Assembly: GCA_964607235.1 (NCBI GenBank)
Contig: CAZSJU010000012.1
Span: 1 to 25,077, forward strand
DNA from: an uncultured Anaerolineae bacterium
GTDB taxonomy: Bacteria; Chloroflexota; Anaerolineae; S140-20
Direction: 5' to 3'
Length of the DNA: 25,077 bases
The notes below the pieces were generated by a model. It worked only from the letters and a program-made list of their open reading frames with translations, had not been told where the DNA came from and did not search any database. Both the position numbers and the translations under genes were made by a program. Numbering within the stretch: position 1 is the stretch's first letter; the number at the start of each line of letters is the position of its first letter. Shown here piece after piece: positions 6,473 through 15,632 of the stretch.

Positions 6473-9034
6473 ATGATCCCCGTCAAGTTGGAACTGGAGA
6501 ATTTCTTGTGCTACCGCCAGCCCGCGCCGCTGGATTTTAGCGGCATCCACGTGGCCTGCCTGGCCGGGGAGAATGGCGCCGGCAAGTCCAGCCTGTTGGA
6601 CGCGATGACCTGGGCCTTGTGGGGCAAAGCCCGCGCCCGCCGCGACGACGAGTTGATTTACTTGGGCCAGGACGAGATGCGGGTCGAGTTTACCTTTGAC
6701 CTGGAAGGTAACCGTTACCGCGTCTTGCGTCAGCGCCAGGCGACCAAGCGCGGGCGCAGCGTGCTGGACCTGCAGATCGCCGACGAGGACGGGCACTTTT
6801 GCGCCATCAGCGAGTCGACCATCCGCCAGACCCAGGTCAAGGTTGATACATTGTTGCGCCTGGATTATGACACCTTTGTCAACTCGGCCTTTTTGTTGCA
6901 GGGGCGGGCTGACGAGTTCACGATCAAGACGGCCGGCGAGCGCAAGCAGATCCTGGCGGACATCTTGGGGCTGGACCGCTGGTCGCGCTACGAGGCGCGG
7001 GCCAAGGCGTGCCTCAAAGAGACCGACGAGGCGGCCGCCGTCGTGGCGGCGCGCCTGGAAGAGATCGACCGCGAGTTGAGCCAGGAAGCGACGTATCGTG
7101 TCGACCTGGCCACGGCCCAGGCGGCGGCGTTACGTCTGTCCGACGCGATGCGCGAGGCTGAGGCCCGTTTGCGCGAGGTGCAGGCCGCGCGCCAGGACCT
7201 GACGCACAAGCGCCAGGGACATGAAGACCTGGCGCGGCGCCTGGCCCAGGGGGAAAGCGAGCTGGCGCGGGTGCGCGACGCGTTGGCCCAGGCTCAGGCG
7301 CGCATTGAGGCATACGAGACGATTCTGGCCCAGGCGCAAGAGATCGCGGCCGGCTATGGACGTTGGACCGCGGCCCGCACGGCGGACGCGGCGTTCAACG
7401 CCTTGCTGGCGGAGCAGGCCGCGTTGTTGGAGGGCCGGGCGGTGTTGGAGAAAAGGCTATCCGACGCGCGCTCCGAGTGGGTGGCCCGCAAGAGCGCCCT
7501 CGACCAGCAGGTGGCCGAACTGCGCCGTCGTGCTGCCGGCGCCGAAGCGGCGGGTGACCTGGCGGCGGCCCGGGAGGAACTGGCGACGCTGGCGGAGCGT
7601 GAGGTCGAGCGCGACCGTCTGCAGGCCCAACTGGCGACGCTGGGCCAAGAGCTGGGAGGGCGCCAGGCCGAAAGGGAAGCGTTAGAGGCCAAGGGCGTCG
7701 AGCTGAACGAGCGATTGGAAAAATTGGAGGGCATTGACACCCAGGCGGCGGCTCTGTGCCCCCTGTGTGGGCAGACGTTGAGCGAGATCCATCGCGCGGA
7801 CCTGGTCGCGCGTCTGGCGTCAGAGCGGGAGGCGATGCGCCAGGATTGGCAGGAAAACAAGACGCGCATCAAGGCCATCACTCAAGAAACCCAAGAGTTG
7901 CAACAAGCGCTGGACCAGGCCCTCAACGCGTTGCGGCGCTTGCCGGCGCTACAGCGACGTCAGGCCGAGCTGGCCCAGCGGGTGGACGATGCCCAGGCGG
8001 CGACCGCCGAACTGGAAGCGGTGCAGGCCGAGCGGGCGCGCGTGCAGGCCCGGTTGGAGGCGCAAGACTATGCGCCGCAGGTGCGCCGCGAGCTGTCGGC
8101 GCTGCAGGCCAAGCAGGACGCCTTGGGCTATGATGCTGCAGCCCATCGCGACGCCCAGCACGAACTGTCAGAGCTGGCGGCTTTTGAGACGCGCTATGCC
8201 GAGTTGGAGCAGGCACGGAAAGAGATCGACGCGGCGCGTGCGGCGGTCGAGGAGGTCTGCGAGCGGGAGAGCCGGTGGGCGTCCTCGCTGGCCGAGGATC
8301 ATGTCAAGCAGGCCGCGCTGGCGGGCGAAATCGAACAACTGGAAGCCCGGCTGGTCGACGCCGACCAGGTGGAGGCGGACGTAGAGACCTTGCGCCGGGA
8401 CGAGTCTCAGGCGCGGATGCGGCTGGGAGCGGCCCAACAGCGGCTCGATGCCTGCCAAGCTCTCAAGGTGCTGCGCCAGGAGCGCTTGCAAGAGCAAACC
8501 CGCCTGGCGGAAGAGCGGGTAATTTACGACGAGCTGCGCGTGGCGTTTGGCAAAAAGGGCGTGCCGGCCATGATCATCGAAGCAGTGCTGCCCGAGATCG
8601 AGGACAGCGCCAACGCACTGCTGAGCCGTATGACCAACGGCCGCATGCATGTACGTTTTGAGACCCAGCGCGAAAAAGTGACGGGCGGCGTCGCCGAGAC
8701 GTTGGACATCCAGATCAGCGACGAGTTGGGCACGCGCAACTATGAGTTGTACTCGGGCGGCGAGGCTTTTCGCATCAATTTTGCCATCCGCATCGCATTA
8801 TCGCAGTTGTTGGCGCGGCGGGCGGGCGCGCGCCTGCGCACCCTGGTGATCGATGAGGGGTTTGGGACGCAGGACGCCCAGGGACGCGAACGGCTGGTAC
8901 AGGCCATCAATGCCATCCAGTCCGACTTTGAGCGGATTTTGGTCATCACCCACATTGACGAGCTCAAGGACGCCTTTCCGGCCCGCATTCAGGTCACAAA
9001 GACCGTGACAGGCTCTCAGATGGAGATCATCTAG
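6473..9034 (+). CDS. sbcC: SbcC / Rad50-family SMC-like ATPase with zinc hook
   Basis: N-terminus LELENFLCYRQ...LAGENGAGKSSLLDAM (Walker A). Long Ala/Glu/Arg-rich coiled coil with central CPLCGQTL (CxxC hook). C-terminus LYSGGEAFRINFAIRIAL (signature) and TLVIDEGFGTQD (Walker B/D-loop). SD gggagagg 4 nt before ATG, 15 nt after sbcD stop. Confidence 0.9.
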   Translation: MIPVKLELENFLCYRQPAPLDFSGIHVACLAGENGAGKSSLLDAMTWALWGKARARRDDELIYLGQDEMRVEFTFDLEGNRYRVLRQRQATKRGRSVLDLQIADEDGHFCAISESTIRQTQVKVDTLLRLDYDTFVNSAFLLQGRADEFTIKTAGERKQILADILGLDRWSRYEARAKACLKETDEAAAVVAARLEEIDRELSQEATYRVDLATAQAAALRLSDAMREAEARLREVQAARQDLTHKRQGHEDLARRLAQGESELARVRDALAQAQARIEAYETILAQAQEIAAGYGRWTAARTADAAFNALLAEQAALLEGRAVLEKRLSDARSEWVARKSALDQQVAELRRRAAGAEAAGDLAAAREELATLAEREVERDRLQAQLATLGQELGGRQAEREALEAKGVELNERLEKLEGIDTQAAALCPLCGQTLSEIHRADLVARLASEREAMRQDWQENKTRIKAITQETQELQQALDQALNALRRLPALQRRQAELAQRVDDAQAATAELEAVQAERARVQARLEAQDYAPQVRRELSALQAKQDALGYDAAAHRDAQHELSELAAFETRYAELEQARKEIDAARAAVEEVCERESRWASSLAEDHVKQAALAGEIEQLEARLVDADQVEADVETLRRDESQARMRLGAAQQRLDACQALKVLRQERLQEQTRLAEERVIYDELRVAFGKKGVPAMIIEAVLPEIEDSANALLSRMTNGRMHVRFETQREKVTGGVAETLDIQISDELGTRNYELYSGGEAFRINFAIRIALSQLLARRAGARLRTLVIDEGFGTQDAQGRERLVQAINAIQSDFERILVITHIDELKDAFPARIQVTKTVTGSQMEII

Positions 9035-9100
9035 GCGGGGATGAAAAAGTCGCCTACGGCAGCGAGAATGAACGGATGCGGGTCTGCCGGACGTGATGGC

Positions 9101-9496
9101 TCAAGACAGGATTGGACTCGCGTTTGTGCCCAGCAACTTTAAAATGCGGTTCCGGAATTCACATGGTTCAAAGGGCTTGAAGGTATAGGAGACGATTGAT
9201 GGCTCGTGCCAGGGAAAACGGTTGGCGTTCCACCAGATCACGCTGAGCACCCACACCGGAGTGTCTTTTAACTGTGGGTCGTCCTGCATCTTGAGGAAAA
9301 GCTCTCGGCCGGTGATGTCGGGCAACATCAGATCGAGGACGACCAGGTCTGGGTCTAACTGGCGGGCAAGCGCCAAACCTTCGCCGCCGGTCGGCGCCAC
9401 GATCCAGTTAACGGGATCGTTCTCAAACAAAGCCTGGACCATCTCGGCGACGTCGTTGTCGTCTTCTATGTGTAAAACGGTTTTGTTTTGAAACAC
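9101..9496 (-). CDS. Stand-alone response regulator receiver domain protein (CheY-like)
   Basis: VLHIEDDNDVAEMVQALF...LVVLDLMLPDITGRELFLKMQ...PVWVLSV. Receiver-domain Asp pocket and phospho-acceptor D in VVLDLMLP. Apparent GTG start at 9496, preceded by the G-rich SD aggggggaca. Confidence 0.75.
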   Translation of the reverse strand: MFQNKTVLHIEDDNDVAEMVQALFENDPVNWIVAPTGGEGLALARQLDPDLVVLDLMLPDITGRELFLKMQDDPQLKDTPVWVLSVIWWNANRFPWHEPSIVSYTFKPFEPCEFRNRILKLLGTNASPILS

Positions 9497-9576
9497 TGTC
9501 CCCCCTAAAGCTCAGAATGCCCTCTATCTATGGCCTATGGCCGGCCGTTCTGATTGCTCATCACCCCCCAAGACTG

Positions 9577-9603
9577 AAACCCACGCAACGCAAGCGCGGG
9601 TTT
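9577..9603. other. Imperfect 10-bp hairpin in an AT-richer intergenic region
   Basis: aaacccacgc (9577-9586), loop aacgcaa, gcgcgggttt (9594-9603). One mismatch. T-rich only on the + side (tttcatgacgcttttg), where no + gene ends nearby. Confidence 0.3.
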
Positions 9604-9714
9604 CATGACGCTTTTGTACAACCAGCATACCCTAAACTTGTTAGTTTTTCGTCAGGGCTGCGTTAGAGTTGTATATGGTTACAGGATGAGCTTTTTGGCC
9701 GTGGACCATGAAAC

Positions 9715-10875
9715 TCATGGGGCCACTTGCTCAAAGCTATCCTGTTGCACCTGGAAAATAAAGAGCCGTTGCTGTTCCAGGTCTCCTTGGTTGTCATAGT
9801 TGATCGCGCCGATGAGCGAATCAAAGCTCAATTGGCGGATTGCCTCGGCGACCTTGGGCCCCTCCAGGCTGTTGGCTTTTTTGGCTCCCTCGGCCAACAC
9901 TTCCATCGCCGTATAGCCGTTGACGCTATAGGTGTCGGGGTTGCGGTATTCTACTTGCTGGTAGGCCTTGATCCACTCTGTGCCCGCGACAGCTTGGGGT
10001 TGGGGCGCGAACCCAATGACATACATCCCCTCGGCGGCATCGTCCGACGCGTCGATGGTCTCTGACAAGAAACAGCCATCAGATGCCAGGAAGGGGATCC
10101 CGTCCAGCCCGGCGTCGCGCAGGTCGGCCCGCAGATAGGGACATTCGACCTCATAGCCGGCGTAGAATATCGCGTCGGGGTTGGCTTGTTGCAGTGCCGC
10201 AATCTCGGTGTCGAATTGATCTTGCTCCACCTGGACCTGGCGGTTCAACACGACCTCGATCCCAGGGCCCAACGCTTGCAGCGCGTCGATAGTGCGCTGG
10301 CCCAGGTCGATGCCATAGCTGTCGTCATTGTACAGCACTGCCACCCGTTGCGCCCCGAACTGATTGACCAAATAGTCGGCCGCGACGCGGGCCTGGGCGG
10401 TGTTGTGGGCGTTGACGCGGAAAAAGTTCCGGTATCCGCTTTGGGTCAGCGCCATGTCGCTGGCGGTGGGCGTGACGACGACGATGGGCAGGTTCTGATA
10501 GATTTCCATACCCACCCAGGTCTGTCCGCTGTTCAAGTGGCCGATGACGCCCAACACTTTTTCGCCCCGCGTGATGGCGTCCGCGATCTCGGCCGCGACG
10601 GCAGCCGCAACCTCGTTATCGCTCTCGTCGTCTATGCCCCGCACCACGACCCGATAGCCCAGCAGGCCGCCCTCCTCCTCGTTGATTTCATCCGCCTTGA
10701 GGCGTGCGCCGCCGACGATCGTTTGCCCGCCGTTGGCTTGAAAGCCAGAGAGCGGCGTGGCGACGTAAACGATCACGTCGCCTTTGGTGGGTTCGTCTTG
10801 GCCATTGCCACACGCGAAAAGTCCGGTCAGTAAAGACAGGATCAGGATCATTAATACTAGCGCTTTAAGCTTCAT
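9715..10875 (-). CDS. ABC transporter substrate-binding lipoprotein, LivJ/LivK (branched-chain amino acid, PBP type I) family
   Basis: N-terminal signal peptide with lipobox-like LTGLFAC. Type-I periplasmic binding protein architecture (VVVRGIDDESD, GVIGHLNSG, VAVLYNDDSYG, IFYAGY). SD ggagag 6 nt upstream of ATG. Confidence 0.75.
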   Translation of the reverse strand: MKLKALVLMILILSLLTGLFACGNGQDEPTKGDVIVYVATPLSGFQANGGQTIVGGARLKADEINEEEGGLLGYRVVVRGIDDESDNEVAAAVAAEIADAITRGEKVLGVIGHLNSGQTWVGMEIYQNLPIVVVTPTASDMALTQSGYRNFFRVNAHNTAQARVAADYLVNQFGAQRVAVLYNDDSYGIDLGQRTIDALQALGPGIEVVLNRQVQVEQDQFDTEIAALQQANPDAIFYAGYEVECPYLRADLRDAGLDGIPFLASDGCFLSETIDASDDAAEGMYVIGFAPQPQAVAGTEWIKAYQQVEYRNPDTYSVNGYTAMEVLAEGAKKANSLEGPKVAEAIRQLSFDSLIGAINYDNQGDLEQQRLFIFQVQQDSFEQVAP

Positions 10876-10925
10876 ACTCGTCTCTCCGCCATTGACGGTC
10901 TGGTTTCTCCTTTGGTATGTGCTGT

Positions 10926-11750
10926 TTACGTGCTGGTGTCCGTTTCGTATACCTCGTCCATAGAATCAAGGACGTCCTGTAGCCCCAACACCTCTCCGGC
11001 GACCTCTTCGCGCAGCCGGTTGGCCCGACCGCTGTCCACATCCTTGGCGCCTACCAGCAACAGTTGGGAGTAAATCGTGCCCATCGCCGTCAGTGTATTC
11101 TCTAATTGTAGCTCGGCCCGCTGCATGCTGTTTTCTAGTTGGTCCAGATTTGACCATTGCAGTTCTTTGGCGCGCAGTGTCTGGCTGAGCTGCTCTCGAA
11201 CCCGGGGGTCGTCTTCGCTCTCCAAATCCTGTCGCAGCCGTTGCATACGCGCCGGCACCGTTTTCATATCCCGATGGATCAGGTCATCTTGCCCGTACTG
11301 GTCCAGGCGCCGAGCGATCTCGTGGATGCTGGCGATCCATTTGTCGATCTGGCGAGCGGTCTCTTTAAAGTGATCTTGTAGCATCCCGCGCCGTCGTCTG
11401 GCCAGTGCACCTTCTATGCGCTCGCGATACTCTAGCGCCCGCGCCAAATAGTTCTTGAGCCTTTGGTCATCGAGCGCATCCATATTGAACTCTTGATGTA
11501 ACATGTCCGCTACGACTCGGCGGCTGAATTCTGGATCGGTCAGGCTGGTGTAAATGATGGCGACTTCGGCCAGCGCGCCGCCGATGAGCCAAAACCACCA
11601 CTGCCACCCCGGAAAGGGCTTGGGTAAGAAAAAAGCCAGCAGGATGACCATAGAAATGGTGGCAGCGCTTTCCCAACGAAAGATCGCGTTGGTGAGCATC
11701 GCCCGCAAGGCCCGGCGTTCGAGATCAGTTTTGACGGATGACTTGGCCAT
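10926..11750 (-). CDS. Hypothetical membrane protein with C-terminal coiled coil (274 aa)
   Basis: Hydrophobic helices around residues 30-70 (ISMVILLAFFLPKPFPGWQWWFWLIGGALAEVAIIY), then long heptad-like charged segments (RLRQDLESEDDPRVREQLSQTLRAKELQWSNLDQLENSMQRAELQLEN). Start lies 18 nt after the upstream VWA gene stop. Confidence 0.6.
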   Translation of the reverse strand: MAKSSVKTDLERRALRAMLTNAIFRWESAATISMVILLAFFLPKPFPGWQWWFWLIGGALAEVAIIYTSLTDPEFSRRVVADMLHQEFNMDALDDQRLKNYLARALEYRERIEGALARRRRGMLQDHFKETARQIDKWIASIHEIARRLDQYGQDDLIHRDMKTVPARMQRLRQDLESEDDPRVREQLSQTLRAKELQWSNLDQLENSMQRAELQLENTLTAMGTIYSQLLLVGAKDVDSGRANRLREEVAGEVLGLQDVLDSMDEVYETDTST

Positions 11751-11768
11751 AGGGACGTTTTCCGTTGT

Positions 11769-13493
11769 CTAAAAGTAGGTGGATAGGATTTTGTACAGTT
11801 GGCGTATGGTCTCCAGTGTGCCCTCGTATACCTGTCCGTCCGTGGCCTCGGCCAAGACCCGCAAGGTTCCATAGTCGGCGTCCTTGCCATAGGCGACGGC
11901 AAAGACAATGACCGGCACGCCGCTCTCGTTGCCCTCTCGCATATAATCTTCCAGTTGCTTTAGCGAGACGTCGGAATAGTTCTCACGGCCGTCGGTCATG
12001 ACGACGATGGCATTGATGCGCTCCGTGTCGTTCAGCGCTTGTAGCCCCTGGTAGGCCTTGTACACCCCATCCAGCAAGGCCGTTTCGCCATTGGCCTCCA
12101 GCCCGTCAATGGCGCGCAGTACATCTTGCCGGTTGTTGGTTAGCTTGTCCAGCGGCACCAGCACGTCCACATAGGTATAGAATTCGATCACCCCGATAGA
12201 CTCTTCCGGGCCTTGGATTTGTTCCACAAAGATGCGCAAGGCCTCTTGGACGTTACTGATCTTGTCCCCTTGCATCGAGCCAGAGGTGTCGACGACCAGG
12301 ATGACGTTGGTGTGCCGTTTGATGTACCACCACACGTCGCGCACTACCTGGACGACGTTCCCGCCCGGGACTTGCAGAGCGGTCTGGGGCTGTGATGCGT
12401 CTACGCCGTTGTCCAGCGTCAGTGGCGAGCCAGGCGCATCAAGGGAGATCAGCGGGTCGGCCGGACGATAACCGGCCGCCAGCACGACTTGTTGGGCCTC
12501 TTGGGTGCGCATGTGGGAGATCAGTTGGGCGAACACCTGGCGCTGTGCGCCGCTCAGTTCGGGTGTCTCGAGCAGCACCAATGGGTGGTCTGCCCATAGA
12601 GACCCTTCGACGGGATAGACCGCGACCAGGTCGGCCCCTTGCTGGTTGGCCCAGACGACGAGTTGCTCCTGGCACACAAAGGCGTCCAGATAGTCTCGAC
12701 CTTCTTGGACCACACGCTGCACCGTCGGCCACTCGCCCTCGCCATAGTAGCGCACCGTGCGCTCGATACGTTCGACGTAATCGAGCGTGGCCGGCGCTTG
12801 CACGTCGGCCGCCGTGAGGCCCCAGGTTTTATCGGCGCCGGCATAGAACACGGCCAACGTGGCCAGTAATCCGCTGGCCGAAGCGGTGGAAGGATGACTC
12901 CATTTGAAATTGGGGTCACTCTGCGCCCGGTCCAGCAGGTCGTTCCATCCCAGCGCGCGCTCACCGTAGCCCATTTCCTGGGCGACGTCGCGCCACATTG
13001 CGATGACGAAGGGGGAAACGGCATAATGGACCGTCTGCCCGACGATAAAGGCCCGTTCATCCCCGATCTGTTCCGCCCATAGCGCGTCCAACTGGGGCAG
13101 CCACACTGAAGAATCGGGGGTGATGGCCTCAAGTTCGCCCGTGACTGCGGCGTCGAGCATGGCTTCGGGGTCCATCTCGACGAGCTCGATGTGCATGGGC
13201 AGCCCATCGGAAGTTTGATAATCTTGCGCGTTGAATTTTTCGACCAACGACTCGACCAGCGTCGCCTTTTCGGGCGAGTAGGCCAGGGTTAGCTCGGCGA
13301 CCGTTTTTTCCTCTTGCGTCTCTTGGTCGATGCGTTCGATGAGTGACGCGCTGATCGCCCAGCACGCGCCACAAATCGCCACCAGGGCGACGAGCCCGAC
13401 CAGCAACACTGCGACGATAGCCCCAGGGTTGCTGGGTTCTTTTTTGCGGCCGACCTTTTTATTGATACCTTGGCGTGCAGAACCTTTCGTCAT
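11769..13493 (-). CDS. Membrane-anchored substrate-binding-like domain fused to a C-terminal von Willebrand factor A (VWA) domain protein
   Basis: N-terminal basic tail plus one transmembrane helix (AIVAVLLVGLVALVAICGA). A central ~300-aa domain is paralogous to the upstream gene. C-terminal VWA with MIDAS motif VILVVDTSGSMQGDKI...ALLDGV...VVMTDGRENYS. Start moved to ATG 13493 (SD aggag 7 nt upstream). The ORF-track start at 13595 overlaps the upstream gene. Confidence 0.8.
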   Translation of the reverse strand: MTKGSARQGINKKVGRKKEPSNPGAIVAVLLVGLVALVAICGACWAISASLIERIDQETQEEKTVAELTLAYSPEKATLVESLVEKFNAQDYQTSDGLPMHIELVEMDPEAMLDAAVTGELEAITPDSSVWLPQLDALWAEQIGDERAFIVGQTVHYAVSPFVIAMWRDVAQEMGYGERALGWNDLLDRAQSDPNFKWSHPSTASASGLLATLAVFYAGADKTWGLTAADVQAPATLDYVERIERTVRYYGEGEWPTVQRVVQEGRDYLDAFVCQEQLVVWANQQGADLVAVYPVEGSLWADHPLVLLETPELSGAQRQVFAQLISHMRTQEAQQVVLAAGYRPADPLISLDAPGSPLTLDNGVDASQPQTALQVPGGNVVQVVRDVWWYIKRHTNVILVVDTSGSMQGDKISNVQEALRIFVEQIQGPEESIGVIEFYTYVDVLVPLDKLTNNRQDVLRAIDGLEANGETALLDGVYKAYQGLQALNDTERINAIVVMTDGRENYSDVSLKQLEDYMREGNESGVPVIVFAVAYGKDADYGTLRVLAEATDGQVYEGTLETIRQLYKILSTYF

Positions 13494-13503
13494 GGTATGG
13501 CTC

Positions 13504-14778
13504 CTAGCGCCGGGCGCTATAGCGGTCAAACCAGGCCAATAACGCCAGCAACACGTCCCGGTCAGGGGAGCGCATTGCGGTGGTGCGCTCGACAAAGGTC
13601 ATCGCCCCTTGTTCGCTCCAGCGCGTGAACAGGCTGTCCGGGCTGTCCACCGGCACTTCAGCGTGGGCCGGGCGCAACCCATAAGCCAGCGCCTGAGTTT
13701 GCACCTCTTTTGTCAGCAGATACTCTTGGAACTCGAGCGCGGCGTTTTTTTCCAGCGCCGTCGTCTCGGGCCCTATCCAGACGGTGAAAGGAAAGTCAAA
13801 CCAGGTGACATAGCTGGGGTAGCGAATGAGCAGCATCTCTGGCGAGCGGGTTTGGATGCCCGCCATGTTGACCAGGATGTCCGCCTCGAGCAACTGGGCC
13901 ACGTCTCCGGTCGTATAACCAAAGAGCGCCAGGTTCTCACCGGGCTGGCTGGCCGCCGAAAAGTCAGTGACAGACATCAGCGCCTCTTCCAGCCACGACA
14001 AAAATTCCGTGTTGGTGAGGTCGGCGACGTCGATGCGCGGCCGATCGTAATACTCACCAGCGGCCGCAATGATGGCCATCATGCCGCCCACGTTTTTGCG
14101 GGGGTGTGGCACCGCCAACTTGAAAAAGCCCCACGAGTTCAGCGTCCCGGGATCATCCAGGTTGGCTTTTTCCCCGATTTGTGGCCAGCCTCGCTCGGCC
14201 ATAGCGGCGTCGTGGATGGCATCCCAGCTCAGTTCATCATAGGCTTCTTCCAGCACCTCAGCGCGGCTGTTAAAGATTCCCCAGGCCAGGAGTGAGATGG
14301 CAATGGGGCGGGCGCGGTACTCGCCGTCGGTCAAAAAGACGTCACGCCCCAACTTTTCCTTATAAGTCGCGTTGACCAGTTCGACCAGATAGCGGCTGTC
14401 GGGAATCCAGACCGTGGGAAAATCCGCCAACTGTTCTTTTTCGGCGTCGGTCAGCGTCTCGCGGTCACGGTCGCCCAGCACAAAAAACTCTTCCCGGTCC
14501 CATTTGCTCAGAGCGGATAACCCGTCCATCGGCACGACGGTGATGTGGATGGGTTGGCCTTCTAGCGTGGGGCGCTGTGCGTTAAACTGGTCGGCGGCAG
14601 CGCGCACCCAGGGTTCTACCGGCAGTGCCGTGACGACTTGCACCTCAAGTTTATTCCCTGTCGCTTGTTGGGCGTCTTGCCCCGCATTGTCCCGCAACAT
14701 GGGGAGCAACGCGGCGACGCCAACGACGATGAGGGCTGCACCGACGATGAGCACGAAAACCCAACGTGTTTTGTTCAT
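13504..14778 (-). CDS. Membrane-anchored substrate-binding-like domain protein (paralog of the N-terminal region of the VWA protein)
   Basis: Transmembrane helix VFVLIVGAALIVVGVAALL. Shares FNAQ, W.P, P(I/F)(A/V)I(S/A)..W motifs with the downstream protein. Start ATG 14778 lies 9 nt after the pspA stop, with AAGGGAG immediately upstream (coupled). Confidence 0.7.
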   Translation of the reverse strand: MNKTRWVFVLIVGAALIVVGVAALLPMLRDNAGQDAQQATGNKLEVQVVTALPVEPWVRAAADQFNAQRPTLEGQPIHITVVPMDGLSALSKWDREEFFVLGDRDRETLTDAEKEQLADFPTVWIPDSRYLVELVNATYKEKLGRDVFLTDGEYRARPIAISLLAWGIFNSRAEVLEEAYDELSWDAIHDAAMAERGWPQIGEKANLDDPGTLNSWGFFKLAVPHPRKNVGGMMAIIAAAGEYYDRPRIDVADLTNTEFLSWLEEALMSVTDFSAASQPGENLALFGYTTGDVAQLLEADILVNMAGIQTRSPEMLLIRYPSYVTWFDFPFTVWIGPETTALEKNAALEFQEYLLTKEVQTQALAYGLRPAHAEVPVDSPDSLFTRWSEQGAMTFVERTTAMRSPDRDVLLALLAWFDRYSARR

Positions 14779-14787
14779 ATCTCCCTT

Positions 14788-15468
14788 TTACTCTGACATT
14801 CCTAGGCGGCGCTTGCGCTCTTCTAACTGGATGTCGATCTCGCTGCGCTCTAGCACCTCGTCCATCTGATCCTCGAGCCGGCTGGCGGCCATTTCGCTGC
14901 GTGCGGAGGCCTTGTCCAAGCGGGCGCGGATCGAATCTCCAATGCGAGCAATATCCGAGTCGCCCACGCCAACGACGTCATCCAGTGACTGGATGGCTTT
15001 GGCGGTGAGCTCTTTGGACTTGGCCAGCTCTAGCAGAGCCTGTAGCTCTTCGCGTTCTTGCTTGATAGTGGTCAACTTGGCTTCTAGTTTGAGCTTGGCG
15101 TTGATGAGCGATTGGTATTCCTTTTGTTGCTGTTGCCACTGGGCCTGGTAATCTTGGGCCAGGCGGCTGGTAGAGTTGAGCTTGCTCTGGGCTGCCATAG
15201 CCAGCTCATCTTTATCCTTCTGGAGCAAGATGTCAATATCGCGGTCGAGCTTGTCCGCCTTTTCTTGATACTCTTTGTACTTACGTTCCAAGGTCCGGAC
15301 GTTGCCGCCGACCGTCGCTGCTGCGTCTTCGAGGTCTTCCAGGTTATTCTCGGCTTGGCGGATATACTCGTCCAATACGGCTACAGAGTTCTTTTTGAGC
15401 GCTTCGTCCACCAACGAGTGCAGGTTTGCGCGGAGTAAAGTGCCGACTTTATCTAACAACGACGCCAT
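14788..15468 (-). CDS. pspA: PspA/IM30 (Vipp1/LiaH) family membrane-stress protein
   Basis: MASLLDKVGTLLRANLHSLVDEALKKNSVAVLDEYIRQAENNLEDLEDAAATV..., 226 aa. All-helical, heptad coiled-coil composition. The N-terminal region resembles the PspA amphipathic helix and NxxxLLDKAEDP region. Start at ATG 15468 with SD aggagg. The ORF-track start at 15540 has no SD. Confidence 0.6.
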   Translation of the reverse strand: MASLLDKVGTLLRANLHSLVDEALKKNSVAVLDEYIRQAENNLEDLEDAAATVGGNVRTLERKYKEYQEKADKLDRDIDILLQKDKDELAMAAQSKLNSTSRLAQDYQAQWQQQQKEYQSLINAKLKLEAKLTTIKQEREELQALLELAKSKELTAKAIQSLDDVVGVGDSDIARIGDSIRARLDKASARSEMAASRLEDQMDEVLERSEIDIQLEERKRRLGMSE

Positions 15469-15632
15469 AGGTGAGCCTCCTTTAGTTAACAGTTGCCCTG
15501 GTACATCTTTATATCTGCGTGTGGGTGGCAGGCATACCAAGGCTAAAATGAGTCATGCTTTGAAAGATATAGTAGCATAGTTTAATATTTTGCGCCAGAC
15601 AACGCCCTGACGCTCAACTGACCGACGAAATC

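Noticed and set aside
6696-8988. Numerous 60-175-aa ORFs in all frames within sbcC
   Set aside because: The Ala/Arg/Glu-rich coiled-coil coding sequence is open in several frames. Only the frame with Walker A, zinc hook and signature motifs is real.
10186-10833. 215-aa plus-strand ORF antisense to the LivK-like gene
   Set aside because: Antisense to a gene with a clear PBP-I signature and lipoprotein signal. No SD.
13609-14295. 228-aa plus-strand ORF antisense to the substrate-binding-like paralog
   Set aside because: Antisense GC artefact. No recognisable motifs.
15469-15632. Sigma54-type promoter upstream of pspA (as in E. coli)
   Set aside because: TGGCGC is present, but no GC element 10 nt downstream. 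The spacing does not fit the -24/-12 consensus.
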